Positions 1 to 10,698 of a stretch of 64,000 bases of DNA are shown here, one piece after another (within the stretch, counting starts at the first letter, position 1; each line of letters opens with the position of its first letter). Source of the DNA: an uncultured bacterium (GTDB taxonomy: Bacteria; UBP4; UBA4092); assembly GCA_964644695.1 (NCBI GenBank), contig CAZXWN010000002.1, positions 248,001 through 312,000 on the forward strand, written 5' to 3'. The position numbers were made by a program, and so were the translations under genes. The notes under the pieces were generated by a model. That model worked only from the letters and a program-made list of their open reading frames with translations. It was not told the DNA's origin and did not search any database.

Positions 1-95
1 TAAAATACCGATAGGATATCTCTGTCATCAGACCTAAAGATGAAGGTAGGATTGTAATGAAACAAGACCCGGCAAAGAAAGGAGCCTCCTGCGCC

Positions 96-1280
96 ATGAA
101 ACGATCAAGTCTCAGACACAGTGTGAAAGATGAAACTCCCGAGTGGATGAAAAACAAGAAACATCCTCATAAGCATAAGTTTATGTCTGGCCGTGCTATT
201 GCACCCAAGGGGATCACCGGTAAAGAGTCACTGACAAAATTGGTGAGTGAAACCTTCCTGGCCTACAATGCAGCGCGCCTGCGTGAAGCCTGTGAATTAT
301 ATACACAGAAAATGCTTGAACCGGATGTGACAATCGGGATGTCTCTGGCAGGTGCGCTTACTCCAGCCGGTATTGGCTGTTCCTGTGTTATCCCGTTGAT
401 TGAATCCGGTTTCGTTGACTGGATAGTCGCGACCGGTGCCAATATGTACCATGATATGCATTTCGCCTTGAATTTATTCCCGCGGGTTGGGTCATTCCAG
501 GCTGACGATGTCTTATTACGAGAAAATGATGTCGTTCGAATTTACGACATATTCCTGGGTTATACCGATGGTTTGATGGCCACGGATGATATCCTCCGTA
601 TGATCATTAAGCAGCCAGAATTCCAGAAGGAAATGGGCACGGCTGAGTTCTATCACCTCCTGGGAAAATACTTGAATGAATACGAAAAGAAAAATAAAGT
701 GGGTAAAGTCTCTGTCCTGGCTGCTGCCTATCGTTCCGGTGTGCCTGTTTTTACTTCCTCCCCTGGCGATTCTACGATTGGGATGAATATGGCAGGTGTT
801 GAGCTGGAAGGGTATAAGTGCCGAATCAATCCTTCAATTGATGTGAATGAGACCACCTCCATTGTTTTACATGCCAAACGCTCTGGTGGTAAATCTGGAG
901 TGGTTTTGGTGGGTGGAGGTAGTCCTAAAAACTTTATGCTCCAGACAGAGCCTCAGATCCAGGAAGTTCTTCGGATCAAGGAAGTCGGACAGGATTATTT
1001 CCTTCAGTTTACGGATGCTCGGCCCGATACAGGTGGATTATCCGGAGCCACCCCCAGTGAAGCCGTATCTTGGGGTAAAGTAGATCCCAATCGTTTACCT
1101 GATGCGATTGTCTGTTACCTGGATTCTACGGTAGCTCTTCCCATCATGGTTCATTATGCCATGGAGAACCGAAAGAAACGGCCTCTGAAACGGCTCTATG
1201 AAAAACGCGAAGAGATGCTTAAAAACCTGGTGGTTGAGTATTTTGCTCATAACAAAATTACTCATCTGAGCCATAAATAA
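96..1280 (+). CDS. Deoxyhypusine synthase-like protein (probable homospermidine synthase, SpeY type)
   Basis: Motifs GGGSPKNF and [22 protein letters not shown] (catalytic Lys in SWGK). Start placed at ATG 96 after AAGGAG; ORF is open from 57. Confidence 0.88.
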   Translation: MKRSSLRHSVKDETPEWMKNKKHPHKHKFMSGRAIAPKGITGKESLTKLVSETFLAYNAARLREACELYTQKMLEPDVTIGMSLAGALTPAGIGCSCVIPLIESGFVDWIVATGANMYHDMHFALNLFPRVGSFQADDVLLRENDVVRIYDIFLGYTDGLMATDDILRMIIKQPEFQKEMGTAEFYHLLGKYLNEYEKKNKVGKVSVLAAAYRSGVPVFTSSPGDSTIGMNMAGVELEGYKCRINPSIDVNETTSIVLHAKRSGGKSGVVLVGGGSPKNFMLQTEPQIQEVLRIKEVGQDYFLQFTDARPDTGGLSGATPSEAVSWGKVDPNRLPDAIVCYLDSTVALPIMVHYAMENRKKRPLKRLYEKREEMLKNLVVEYFAHNKITHLSHK

Positions 1281-1303
1281 TCAGAGATTCAGTAAACAAC
1301 GAC

Positions 1304-1340
1304 AACCGGCAGGTTCAGTAATGAGCCTGCCGGTTTTTTT
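1304..1340 (+). terminator. Intrinsic terminator
   Basis: AACCGGCAGGTTCA-GTAA-TGAGCCTGCCGGTT followed by a T-run, just after the DHS-like gene. Confidence 0.85.
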
Positions 1341-1443
1341 ATTGATTTATGAATTGTGCCGGATGTGTTGATTACCTTCTTTTAATGATGTGGGAGTATG
1401 ATAAATATGAGGAAGAAATGTTGATTTTAAGGTGTTCGTTACG

Positions 1444-1815
1444 ATGAAAGAATCATTTTACATTTTTATCGGCGGTGGATTAGGGAGTGTCAGCCGGTAT
1501 TGGTTATCCAAAGGTGTAAATAGCCTGTATCTTGGAAGTTTCCCGGCAGGAACTCTGGTCTGTAATCTGGTGGGTTGTTTTCTCATTGGATTATGGATGG
1601 TAATGATGGCGCAGCGGTTTTTGATCAATCCCTACTTACGGATGTTTTTGTGTATTGGTTTTCTGGGAGGACTGACGACATTTTCAACTTTCAGTTATGA
1701 GACATTAAGTTTGTTTGAAGGGCGCAGTTATTTATGGGCGGGATTAAATATTCTGGCCAGCCTGGTGGGTTGTTTGACGGCTGTTTACCTGGGTAGTTTG
1801 CTGGCAAAGGCTTAG
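1444..1815 (+). CDS. crcB: Fluoride efflux channel FluC/CrcB
   Basis: GGGLGSVSRY, FPAGTLVCNLVG and GFLGGLTTFSTF signatures; four hydrophobic segments. GTG 1432 is an alternative start. Confidence 0.95.
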   Translation: MKESFYIFIGGGLGSVSRYWLSKGVNSLYLGSFPAGTLVCNLVGCFLIGLWMVMMAQRFLINPYLRMFLCIGFLGGLTTFSTFSYETLSLFEGRSYLWAGLNILASLVGCLTAVYLGSLLAKA

Positions 1816-1840
1816 TTTCTTCATAAGGAGGAGCAAGAAG

Positions 1841-2197
1841 ATGCATCTACAGGGCGAAGGTAAATTACTAAGGATTTTTATTGGCGAATCGGATCATCTG
1901 AAGCATGAACCCCTTTATTCCGTGATTGTGAATTTGGCACGAAAGGAAGGGCTGGCAGGAGTGACTGTTTTACGGGGACTGATGGGATATGGAGCTAACA
2001 CCCGAATCCATCGGGCAAACCTCCTGGATTTGTCTTCCGACTTACCCATTGTCGTAGAAATAGTCGATACAGAAGAAAAACTAACCACCTTCTTTCCCAA
2101 ATTGAATCAGGTACTGGAAGAAACAAATTGCGGTGGAATGGTGACCCTGGAACGGGCCGATATTATCCGTTATTTCCACGAAAAAAAGTCCTGGTAA
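1841..2197 (+). CDS. DUF190 family (PII-like) protein
   Basis: LLRIFIGESD...GLAGVTVLRG...LSSDLPIVVEIVD; typical partner of crcB; strong RBS AAGGAGG. Confidence 0.9.
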   Translation: MHLQGEGKLLRIFIGESDHLKHEPLYSVIVNLARKEGLAGVTVLRGLMGYGANTRIHRANLLDLSSDLPIVVEIVDTEEKLTTFFPKLNQVLEETNCGGMVTLERADIIRYFHEKKSW

Positions 2198-2211
2198 ATC
2201 AACCGTCTGAA

Positions 2212-2256
2212 CGAATCACCCACGGACTTGCTCGGAGCAGCTCCGTGAATGCTTCG
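2212..2256. repeat. 45-bp palindromic intergenic repeat, copy 1
   Basis: CGAATCACCCACGGA-CTTGCTCGGAGCAGC-TCCGTGAATGCTTCG; 40/45 identical to the reverse complement of 26348-26392. Confidence 0.85.
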
Positions 2257-2299
2257 AATGTTTCAGGGGTAAGTGTTTGGGATGAAGAAAGATAAAATT

Positions 2300-2330
2300 A
2301 AAAAGCCCGGGTATTGGATACCCGGGCTTT
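2300..2330. terminator. Intrinsic terminator between convergent DUF190 and malic enzyme genes
   Basis: AAAAAGCCCGGGTAT-TGG-ATACCCGGGCTTT hairpin with A/T runs on both sides. Confidence 0.8.
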
Positions 2331-2347
2331 ATTTATACTCTTGAGGA

Positions 2348-3754
2348 TTACCGGCGGCGGGCCACTCCGGTTTTACGGGCTGTTTCCGCAACTACCTCAG
2401 ATACCTTGGCGGTTACTTTCCGATTAAACACAGACGGGATGATATAGTCTTCATTCAGTTCATCGGGGGTGACGATACCCGCGATAGCTCTGGCGGCGGC
2501 CAGACACATTTCCTGATTAATATCGGTGGCGCGTACATCCAAAGCCCCACGGAACAGGCCTGGGAAGGCCAACACATTGTTGATTTGATTAGGATAGTCT
2601 GAACGCCCAGTGGCAACGATTCGTGCGTGCTTTTCAGCAATTTCCGGCATTATTTCGGGAGTGGGATTTGCCAGCGCGAAGATAATGGAATCTTTGGCCA
2701 TTTTCATAATATCTTCTTCCGTCACAATGCCCGGCCCTGAAACACCGACGAATACATCAGCATCGACTAATGCATCGGAAACTGTTCCTTTGAAACCGTG
2801 GGGATTGGTATTATCGGCAAACCATTCTTTCAACAGGTTCATGTGTTCAGTCCGTCCCTTGTAGATAATTCCGGATCGGTCACAAACGATAATATTTTTA
2901 ACGCCCATTCCCTGCAGCATCTTTGTACAGGCAATACCGGCAGCTCCGGCACCCACGATAACCAGTTTGATATCTTCAAAATTTTTCTTCACTACTTTAA
3001 GTGCGTTGATCATGGCGGCCGTTACGACTGTGGCGGTTCCATGTTGGTCATCATGAAATACAGGAATATCTAATTCCTGTTTTAATCTCTGTTCAATCTC
3101 GACACACCGAGGAGCCGAGATGTCTTCAAGATTGATTCCACCAAACCCCGGGGCGATATTTTTCACAGTCCGAATAATTTCTTCTGTATCTTTGGTATCC
3201 AGACAAATCGGGTAGGCATCAATATCAGCAAATTCCTTAAACAACATGGCTTTGCCTTCCATGACGGGCATGGCAGCAAAAGGTCCAATATCACCTAAAC
3301 CCAGAACCGCCGTTCCATCAGATACGACAGCGACTGAATTTTTCTTAATGGTCAGTGTCCATGCTTTTTGCGGTTCATCGTGGATAGCCGTACATACTCG
3401 GGCCACCCCGGGTGTATAAGCTCGGGATAAGGCATCACGGGTATTGACCGGGACTTTGTTTTGAATGTGGATTTTTCCGCCCAGGTGCATGAGGAATACG
3501 ATGTCTGTCATGTGGATGATTTTGACATCTTCAATCTGGGCTACTAAATCAGAGATGGTTTTGGCATGTTGTGAATTTCGTGAATGAATGGTGATATCCC
3601 GAATGGTGGAATTTTTACCACCCTGTACAAGGTCAATCGCGTCAATATAGGCTTCGGCATCTCCGATGACTGTGAGTACTTTTCCCAGTGTGGCATGTGA
3701 GTTGGGGACCTCCAGTCTCAGGGTAAAACTATACTGCGCACTTGTTGTAGGCAT
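2348..3754 (-). CDS. NAD(P)-dependent malic enzyme with N-terminal ACT domain
   Basis: [46 protein letters not shown] and [11 protein letters not shown] motifs. Start placed at ATG 3754 after GGAG. Confidence 0.95.
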   Translation of the reverse strand: MPTTSAQYSFTLRLEVPNSHATLGKVLTVIGDAEAYIDAIDLVQGGKNSTIRDITIHSRNSQHAKTISDLVAQIEDVKIIHMTDIVFLMHLGGKIHIQNKVPVNTRDALSRAYTPGVARVCTAIHDEPQKAWTLTIKKNSVAVVSDGTAVLGLGDIGPFAAMPVMEGKAMLFKEFADIDAYPICLDTKDTEEIIRTVKNIAPGFGGINLEDISAPRCVEIEQRLKQELDIPVFHDDQHGTATVVTAAMINALKVVKKNFEDIKLVIVGAGAAGIACTKMLQGMGVKNIIVCDRSGIIYKGRTEHMNLLKEWFADNTNPHGFKGTVSDALVDADVFVGVSGPGIVTEEDIMKMAKDSIIFALANPTPEIMPEIAEKHARIVATGRSDYPNQINNVLAFPGLFRGALDVRATDINQEMCLAAARAIAGIVTPDELNEDYIIPSVFNRKVTAKVSEVVAETARKTGVARRR

Positions 3755-3879
3755 GACTTTTTGCTCCAATGTGATAGGTTTGGCGTATTACCGACTCTTT
3801 ATTTATTCTAATACGAAAAACTTTATTTCTCGGAAAATAACGGGTCATGACATTATTCGAAATGAATTTCCAATCCCTT

Positions 3880-4734
3880 TTAAGGCAACAATAAACTCAA
3901 TGTTGATTTTAATAATTCAGGAGTAGATGCAACCGCCAGGTCATACGTTTTATGAATGTTATCCTCAAAATCCAGAGGTTTATCGGTGAGGGAAGCAATC
4001 GCCGCTCCTGCGCATTGGGCTATCGCCAAACTGGAATAACATTCCGTGATTCCCTCTCCCCGGGCCAGATATAAATCAACGGTTCCCCGGGCAACATCCG
4101 TGAATCCTCCAGGGCCTCCATTGGGTAAAACAAATTTACATTGTTCCAGGACTTTTTGATATTGATGAGTGCCGGCATACAAGGCGTGAGGTTTCATTAA
4201 GTAGGTTTCAACATAGGATTCATTCAGCTGTGTTGTGCCGGATAATTTCATCGGTTGATAGGTAAAGCGGTCTTGATTATTGAAGGATCCTGTATAGGAT
4301 TTATTCTGATTGATGAAATCTATCTGGCCGGTGATGAGATTGACGACGAATGAACCCAGAGGAGTATTCCCCTCCCACAAACCCATGGCAGACAGCCAGA
4401 AAGCAGGGATTTGACGGCGATACAGAGCGCTGCCGTCCAGAGGATCCACCACTGCATAGAAGGGAGATGTCAATCCAGGATTCAATTCTACTCGGCCTTT
4501 TTCTTCGGTTAATACCACCCATGAATGACGGGTGGATTCAAGCCGATTCAAAATCAGGTCTTCCAGGATTTTATCCATCCCAATAATATCTGGATCCGTT
4601 TCCCGATATCCTGATTCACGGTGGGCAATGACTTCCGTTCCCACGCCAGTTGTTTGACTGACTTGTTGGTAAATTTGTTCTGCTGTATTCAAGCAAAACA
4701 ACGGCCATCCTTCAAAATCACTGAAACGATTCAT
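3880..4734 (-). CDS. Inositol monophosphatase / FIG superfamily phosphatase
   Basis: LTEE and VVDPLDGS metal-binding motifs; VARGTVDLY; AQCAGA. Confidence 0.8.
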   Translation of the reverse strand: MNRFSDFEGWPLFCLNTAEQIYQQVSQTTGVGTEVIAHRESGYRETDPDIIGMDKILEDLILNRLESTRHSWVVLTEEKGRVELNPGLTSPFYAVVDPLDGSALYRRQIPAFWLSAMGLWEGNTPLGSFVVNLITGQIDFINQNKSYTGSFNNQDRFTYQPMKLSGTTQLNESYVETYLMKPHALYAGTHQYQKVLEQCKFVLPNGGPGGFTDVARGTVDLYLARGEGITECYSSLAIAQCAGAAIASLTDKPLDFEDNIHKTYDLAVASTPELLKSTLSLLLP

Positions 4735-4753
4735 GGGTTACTCCGAGATTAAT

Positions 4754-4783
4754 AAAAGGGACAGATACTGTCATATCTGTCCC
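4754..4783 (-). terminator. Probable intrinsic terminator
   Basis: GGGACAGATA/TATCTGTCCC stem with a T-tract on the minus strand. Confidence 0.6.
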
Positions 4784-4789
4784 CTGGGA

Positions 4790-5119
4790 TTATTCTTTAA
4801 TTTTCTTAAGCTGTGTTTTTAATGCTTTCATTTTTCCGGTTGATGAGAGATCCTTATCCCGCCGTTCATCAATCAGTATGGTTGTGGAAACCCGTTGAAT
4901 CTCTTTGGAAAAGACCGCATTGTGCGCTTTAGTGATGGCGGCCATCACGTCGCGCATTTCACCTTCTACGGTGGTTGACCCTGAACCCAGTGAAACGGTT
5001 ATTTTGGGTTGAGATTGAAGTGTTTTAACAGCCTTGGCCACATGGGCACTCACACTGGGTGTCCCCGTTCCAAGAGGAACTATTTTAACTTCTGCAACAA
5101 CTTTTCCCATGATTATCAT
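4790..5119 (-). CDS. MTH1187/YkoF-like thiamine-binding protein
   Basis: AEVKIVPLGTGTPSVS...TTVEGE...RVSTTILIDERRDK family pattern. Confidence 0.85.
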   Translation of the reverse strand: MIIMGKVVAEVKIVPLGTGTPSVSAHVAKAVKTLQSQPKITVSLGSGSTTVEGEMRDVMAAITKAHNAVFSKEIQRVSTTILIDERRDKDLSSTGKMKALKTQLKKIKE

Positions 5120-5144
5120 TCTCCTTTAAGAGAATCTTTAAGCA

Positions 5145-6155
5145 TTATTCAATACCGGGATAACGCGCCAGTTTCACCGGAAGTCCTGTCTTATTGGATT
5201 CATATGCCGCAAGTACTCCCGCCACAGCTGAGAATCCCATCTCCGGTGTAACACTGGGTTCTCGTTCTTCCTTGATGGCGGCGGCAAATTCTTTGAGCTC
5301 CGCCGTCAGTCCATATTCACCTTCGGCCTTAATTTCCTGCCATTCCTTTTCACCTACAAGGGCACACTTTACCACAGGCATGAAAGCGGGTATTTCAAGT
5401 GCACCTTTGGTCCCCAGGATTCTGGCGACAGCCTGACCCGCGGGCTGAGGTGTGCTCCAACTGATTTCGGAAAAAGCGGTTGCCTTATTTTCAAGGGTCA
5501 TGAACATGAGTCCATTGTCTTCAACATCAATATCAAAATGATAAGTTCCACAACGGGCTGTAATGGTGTCCACCAATGAGCCTGACCAATACTGGACTCG
5601 ATCAATACTGTGGACCCCATTGTTCATTAATATCCCGCCACCTGACAAAACTTTTTTACCCATCCACTGCGGATATCCTGCTTGTAATCCAAGCATATTG
5701 ATTTTGTCCACAATATAGACAACATCTCCGATTTTCCCTGAATCAATGATTTTTTTAGCCATCACATTCTCAGGATAAAAACGATGTGTATGTCCCGGCA
5801 TCACGATCACTTTGTTTTTATGAGCGGCCCGGTATATGTCCATGATGTTTTCCAGACTGACTTCTACCGGTTTTTCGCACAGGATGTGTTTGCCGGCATT
5901 TGCTGCGGCAACAGCACAGTCTCGGTGCAGGGTATGCGGCAGGCAGATTGAAACAGCCTGAATGTCCGTCTGGCCCAGCAGGTCCTGATAGTTAGAATAG
6001 GAATGAATTCCATATTCTTTGCTGAAAGCATCCGCTCTTGTCGCGTCATTGTCAGCCACAGCCACGACTTTAAATCCATCAATGGCATTAAAAATATCCG
6101 TATGGTACTTGCCCATGCGGCCAGCACCAATAATTCCAATTCCGATGTAACTCAT
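5145..6155 (-). CDS. Gfo/Idh/MocA family oxidoreductase
   Basis: GIIGAGRMG Rossmann motif, GKHILCEKP, GGGILMNNGVHSID. Confidence 0.92.
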   Translation of the reverse strand: MSYIGIGIIGAGRMGKYHTDIFNAIDGFKVVAVADNDATRADAFSKEYGIHSYSNYQDLLGQTDIQAVSICLPHTLHRDCAVAAANAGKHILCEKPVEVSLENIMDIYRAAHKNKVIVMPGHTHRFYPENVMAKKIIDSGKIGDVVYIVDKINMLGLQAGYPQWMGKKVLSGGGILMNNGVHSIDRVQYWSGSLVDTITARCGTYHFDIDVEDNGLMFMTLENKATAFSEISWSTPQPAGQAVARILGTKGALEIPAFMPVVKCALVGEKEWQEIKAEGEYGLTAELKEFAAAIKEEREPSVTPEMGFSAVAGVLAAYESNKTGLPVKLARYPGIE

Positions 6156-6328
6156 AGTTAAATCCTTTGCTGATTTGATAATAGTTCCTTTTTTATACTA
6201 TCAAAAACCGGGTTATGTAGTATTAAACACCCATTTTATATGAATATTTGGTATAATTTTATATTTAACCGGGCCGAGTGGTCCCAATTTATCTGGCCCA
6301 CCCATTTCAATAGTGCAAGGTGACGAAT

Positions 6329-7324
6329 ATGACCCCGAAAAATATTGCTGTCGCAGGTGCGACAGGCGCCGTTGGCGCAGAATTCGTAAGTGTTTTAGAA
6401 AAGCGCAATTTCCCCGTTAAAAACATCAAATTCTTAGCGTCTGCTCGGTCTGTGGGTAAGAAAATCACCTTCAAAGGCGAAGAATTTGCGGTCGAAGAAA
6501 TGACCAAAGATTCATTTAAGGGAATGGATGTCGCCTTATTCTCTGCCGGTGGTTCACAATCCAAAATCTATGCTCAATCTTGTGTGGATGCGGGTTGTGT
6601 CATGGTAGATAATTCTTCTGCATTCCGCATGACTCCTGATGTTCCTCTGGTCATTCCTGAAATTAATCCCGAAGATGTGAAATGGCACAAAGGGATCATT
6701 GCCAATCCGAATTGCTCTACCATTATCATGTTGATGGCCGTTTATCCCATCTATCAACTTTCCAAAGTTAAACGCGTGATTGTTTCGACTTATCAGGCGG
6801 CCAGTGGTGCTGGTGCTAAAGCTATGAAGGAACTGGAAGATCAGGCACGCGACTTTCTGGATGGAAAGCCCGTTAAAAAGGAAGTCCTTCCTTATCAAAT
6901 CGCTTTCAATCTTTTCAGCCATAACACCAAAATCGGCGATGATGGATACAATGAAGAAGAAGTCAAGATGATTAAAGAGACTAATAAAATCCTTCACGAC
7001 GAAAACATTAAAGTCACACCAACTTGTGTCCGCGTTCCTGTCTTACGGGCTCATTCAGAATCTATCGTGGTGGAAACAGAACAAAAGCTGAGTCTTGATG
7101 CTGTGCGGTCAGCCATTGCGAAGTTCCCCGGCTGTCAGTTGGTAGATGATCGTGAAAAGAATTACTTCCCCATGCCGTTGGAAGTGTCTGGTGAGTATGA
7201 TTGTAAAGTGGGTCGTATTCGTTACGATTATACTTTTGATAATGGAATTGCTTTATTCGTCTGTGGTGACCAGCTTCTAAAGGGTGCTGCATTAAACGCT
7301 GTACAGATTGCAGAATTACTCTAA
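6329..7324 (+). CDS. asd: Aspartate-semialdehyde dehydrogenase
   Basis: GATGAVG, DNSSAFRM, IANPNCST (catalytic Cys), TYQAASGAG, RVPVLRAHSE, DQLLKGAALNAVQIAE. Confidence 0.97.
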   Translation: MTPKNIAVAGATGAVGAEFVSVLEKRNFPVKNIKFLASARSVGKKITFKGEEFAVEEMTKDSFKGMDVALFSAGGSQSKIYAQSCVDAGCVMVDNSSAFRMTPDVPLVIPEINPEDVKWHKGIIANPNCSTIIMLMAVYPIYQLSKVKRVIVSTYQAASGAGAKAMKELEDQARDFLDGKPVKKEVLPYQIAFNLFSHNTKIGDDGYNEEEVKMIKETNKILHDENIKVTPTCVRVPVLRAHSESIVVETEQKLSLDAVRSAIAKFPGCQLVDDREKNYFPMPLEVSGEYDCKVGRIRYDYTFDNGIALFVCGDQLLKGAALNAVQIAELL

Positions 7325-7355
7325 TCCGATTTATGGATTATGGAGACTTAATATT

Positions 7356-10300
7356 ATGACTTCTCATGTTAATTTCAAAGGATGGCTTATCGCCATCCTT
7401 TTTTTATTTACCGGATACATGGTTATGGCAAAACAACCTATAGCTGTTTCACAGGACTGGAGTTCTCCCCAGATGGGTGTTCTGTTGCAGTCCGATTCCA
7501 AAGGCGAAGTATGGCGTGCAGAGAAAACAACTCAGGACAACATTGACCGTATGGTGTTGAGATGCCCCATTACACGGAAACTCACCCCAGAATTACCAAT
7601 GACTTTTCGGTATCGGATTCAGACCTTGCGTGAAGTGTTAGATTTTCGTATCAACCTGATTGACAAGTCGGGTACACGATATTCGTACCTCATTACCAAA
7701 CCTTCTCCGGATGTCTGGCAATCCGATTCTTCACCCGTAAATGAACTGAGAGACGACAAATACCGGAGACTCTGGAATCCACAGAACATCACTACATTGG
7801 AATATGAAGTTCTGACCCGGGGTAAATCTGGAGAAAAAGTGATTCTGGATTTTGAACCTGTTGTCTATGAAGCAAATACTACCGTGTCAGAAGAAAATTC
7901 GTTTTTTACATATCCCAAACGGGGTGTTTTTGCCAGTGCCAATCCTCCTTTCATCAGTTGGAGTCTGGTCACGGGTGCCACTCAATACAGAGTAACTTTG
8001 TCCCAGGACAGTCTGATGAAATATCAGAATGCTATCGACTACCAATCTGACTGGATAACGACTAACTTTCACACCCCAACCAGGATTATTGAGGATGGTA
8101 ACTGGTATGCTCGTGTTGAGTATAAGACGGCTGACGGGATTAAAGTCAGTCCGATAACCCGTTTTCTGATTTCCGAGAAATCTAAGAAATTCCTAGTACC
8201 CTCTGTCCCAGATAAATTGAAATCAGTTCATCCCTACTTGATGGTCAATCCGACTATCTTACAAAGATTGCGCAATGAAATTACCAATTCCAAACAAAAT
8301 ACCTGGATAGAACTGACCACTTGGCTATATACCACCTCTTTACAGTATCAGCCAGAAGAACCTCCTGTATTTAAAGATGGTGTGTGGGATTATGAAACCT
8401 GGCGGACCATTGATAATAAAGCGGGTGCGGCACAAACCAATATTCTGCAATCTGCATTAATCTATATGGTCTCTCATGATACTGTGGCCGCTGAGAATGC
8501 CCGAAGGGTCATGCTTGATGTGGCTCGTTGGAAGGTTGATGGGTCCACAGGAATAAATAGTGTGGACCACGCTGCTCAAGGACTGCTGTACAGTATGAGC
8601 CTTGGATATGACTGGTTAAATGATTACCTGTCAGACGCTGATAAGAAAGTAGTCAGAGAGTGCATCCGGCAACGTGCCGACCTGATGTATAAGTTCCTGA
8701 ATCCACTCCGTTCAGATCCTGCAAACAATCACCCATGGTTCTGTACTTCCGCATTGGGGATTGGTGGTCTTGCTCTTTATAATGAAGTCCCGGAAGCTAA
8801 AGACTGGGTAGATTATGCTGTGCAGCTTTATTGTGGACAGTATTTATCATTAGGCGGTCCTGACGGTGAATGGCATGAAGGTATTGCTTATTGGTCTTAT
8901 ACATTGTTCTTTGTGTTTCAGTTCACCGACAGTTTGTATGAAGCCACGGGTGTGGATCTTTACCAATACCCATGGTTAAAGAAAACAGCCAGCTACAAAA
9001 TCAATGCGCAACCCCCCGTGAGTTTCGGTGTTCCCTTTGGTGATTCGAAACCGCTGCTTCCCTCAGCTTTTGATGCATTGATTATGTCTCGATTTGCCAG
9101 CCGATATAAGGATGGTTTAGCACAGTGGTATTGTACTCAGATTCCGGCACTTGGTAAATCATATTTGCCTTATTACATGTTATGGTTTGATTCAAATTTG
9201 AAACCGGCAGTCGTGGATAATCAGCCCGCATCAGCTATGTGGAAGGAGTGGGGTGTTGCTGTACATCATTCTAGCCTGGTAGGTGCAGATAATAATATGG
9301 TTGCTATCAAGTCCGGTGATTACCTGGGGCGGCGTTGGAGTCATTCTCACCCAGACCTGAACAGTTTTGTGTTGTATGGCAAAGGTGAACCGTTGCTCTG
9401 TGATTCCGGATACTATGATCCATCGGGTGGCGTGCCTTATGGTGGAGACCATCATATCGAGTGGTCTCTACAATCCAAGGCCCATAATCTGCCTTTAGTG
9501 AATGGAAATGGACAGTCCATCTTTACACCGGGCGCAGATGGTGAGATCAGCAAATATCTGGCACTGAAGGATATGCTTTATGTGTGTGCGGATGCTTCCA
9601 ACCCGATGATTTATAATTGGCAGCTGGACCAGTATAAGCGGCATTTGTTTGCTTTGGACAGTGAGACCTATTTGACTTGGGATGAGATTGCTGCACCGGA
9701 GCCGGCTCGTTACGACTGGCTCTATCATTCGGCCTTCCCCATGACAGTCAACCCAGAACAACGGATGATTTCCATTACGGGTAAAAAATCACGACTGGAA
9801 ATGCGTTTCCTGAATCCGCTGAAACTAAGTTACAGCTTGTCTTCAGGATTCACCATTGTTCCTGCCCGGAAAACACCCACTTCATTCCCGGATCAGTATC
9901 ATGTGGCCATCTATCCGGCTACAACAACTCGGGTGGACTGGGTTCCAATCAAAGACTATGCTGAGCCGTCATCAATTGATAGTCAGCCTGGAGTTAAATT
10001 AAAACAGACCGGATTTGGCGTTCTTTATTCGCTGTCTAATGCCAGTGGAAAGAGACCTGTGAGTTGTTCTCCACTGTCTGTTCCTTATGCAGATGCCGGA
10101 AAGATATACTTAGGGAACACCCACTATTATTATTTATTTAATCGGACGAATACTTCTTTACCCTTAACTGTATCTGCAAATGTAGATCAGGTAACAGACA
10201 ATCCATTGGTTATGTTGTTGAGTAGCATTGTCTCCTTTGAAGCTGAATTCCGAGGTAAGGGATTAATTCTGGGTACGGATCAAGATAAACATATTAAGCG

Positions 10301-10589
10301 TTTAATTCTGGTGGATGCCCTTTCAGTGAAAGCTCTGGGAATGACTTGGTTCCAATCTGAGAAACCTGTATCTGCTCTGGTAGATGTTCAGAAAACGGGG
10401 GTATTGATTCAGGCTGAGGTCAAAGAAACAACCAAAATTTCTCTTTCCATAGATAAAGCACCTAAGCAAGTTTATGTGGATGGAGTGTTGATTCCAGCTG
10501 GTGCATTGTGGAAATATGATAACAGGGCAGGGAAACTGATTGTTCAGGTTGAACCCGGTAAACACTTGGTTCGAGCGATTACGAAGTAA
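7356..10589 (+). CDS. Large secreted heparinase II/III-like polysaccharide lyase (DUF4962-type N-terminal region)
   Basis: N-terminal signal-like segment; ANNHPWF, WHEGIAYWSY, PFGDS, HSHPDLNSF, LCDSGYY and AHN motifs. Start placed at ATG 7356 after GGAG. Confidence 0.8.
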   Translation: MTSHVNFKGWLIAILFLFTGYMVMAKQPIAVSQDWSSPQMGVLLQSDSKGEVWRAEKTTQDNIDRMVLRCPITRKLTPELPMTFRYRIQTLREVLDFRINLIDKSGTRYSYLITKPSPDVWQSDSSPVNELRDDKYRRLWNPQNITTLEYEVLTRGKSGEKVILDFEPVVYEANTTVSEENSFFTYPKRGVFASANPPFISWSLVTGATQYRVTLSQDSLMKYQNAIDYQSDWITTNFHTPTRIIEDGNWYARVEYKTADGIKVSPITRFLISEKSKKFLVPSVPDKLKSVHPYLMVNPTILQRLRNEITNSKQNTWIELTTWLYTTSLQYQPEEPPVFKDGVWDYETWRTIDNKAGAAQTNILQSALIYMVSHDTVAAENARRVMLDVARWKVDGSTGINSVDHAAQGLLYSMSLGYDWLNDYLSDADKKVVRECIRQRADLMYKFLNPLRSDPANNHPWFCTSALGIGGLALYNEVPEAKDWVDYAVQLYCGQYLSLGGPDGEWHEGIAYWSYTLFFVFQFTDSLYEATGVDLYQYPWLKKTASYKINAQPPVSFGVPFGDSKPLLPSAFDALIMSRFASRYKDGLAQWYCTQIPALGKSYLPYYMLWFDSNLKPAVVDNQPASAMWKEWGVAVHHSSLVGADNNMVAIKSGDYLGRRWSHSHPDLNSFVLYGKGEPLLCDSGYYDPSGGVPYGGDHHIEWSLQSKAHNLPLVNGNGQSIFTPGADGEISKYLALKDMLYVCADASNPMIYNWQLDQYKRHLFALDSETYLTWDEIAAPEPARYDWLYHSAFPMTVNPEQRMISITGKKSRLEMRFLNPLKLSYSLSSGFTIVPARKTPTSFPDQYHVAIYPATTTRVDWVPIKDYAEPSSIDSQPGVKLKQTGFGVLYSLSNASGKRPVSCSPLSVPYADAGKIYLGNTHYYYLFNRTNTSLPLTVSANVDQVTDNPLVMLLSSIVSFEAEFRGKGLILGTDQDKHIKRLILVDALSVKALGMTWFQSEKPVSALVDVQKTGVLIQAEVKETTKISLSIDKAPKQVYVDGVLIPAGALWKYDNRAGKLIVQVEPGKHLVRAITK

Positions 10590-10614
10590 TCTATATAGAC
10601 CCTGTTTTTGATGT

Positions 10615-10649
10615 AAAAGGCGGCTTGTTATTACAAGCCGCCTTTTTTT
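10615..10649 (+). terminator. Intrinsic terminator
   Basis: AAAAGGCGGCTTGT-TATT-ACAAGCCGCCTTTTTTT. Confidence 0.9.
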
Positions 10650-10667
10650 ATTATTAGGTGTTGTTTG

Positions 10668-10696
10668 TTCACATTGTCAATGACTTATGGTAATAT
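10668..10696 (+). promoter_or_regulatory. Putative sigma70-type promoter
   Basis: TTCACA-17 nt-TAATAT with an extended TGn -10. Confidence 0.5.
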
Positions 10697-10698
10697 CT

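Noticed and set aside
1341-1443. Fluoride riboswitch upstream of crcB
   Set aside because: No GATGGAGTTCGCC...GCTAATGACTCCTAC-like consensus; the only hairpin nearby is the upstream gene's terminator.
2212-2256. 45-bp palindromes as CRISPR repeats or plain terminators
   Set aside because: The copies are single and dispersed, lack U-tracts, and two sit beside separate genuine terminators.
10625-10634. Shared TTGTTATTAC in the terminator hairpins at 10615 and 15512
   Set aside because: A 10-bp AT-rich match in opposite transcriptional orientation with unrelated stems; likely chance.
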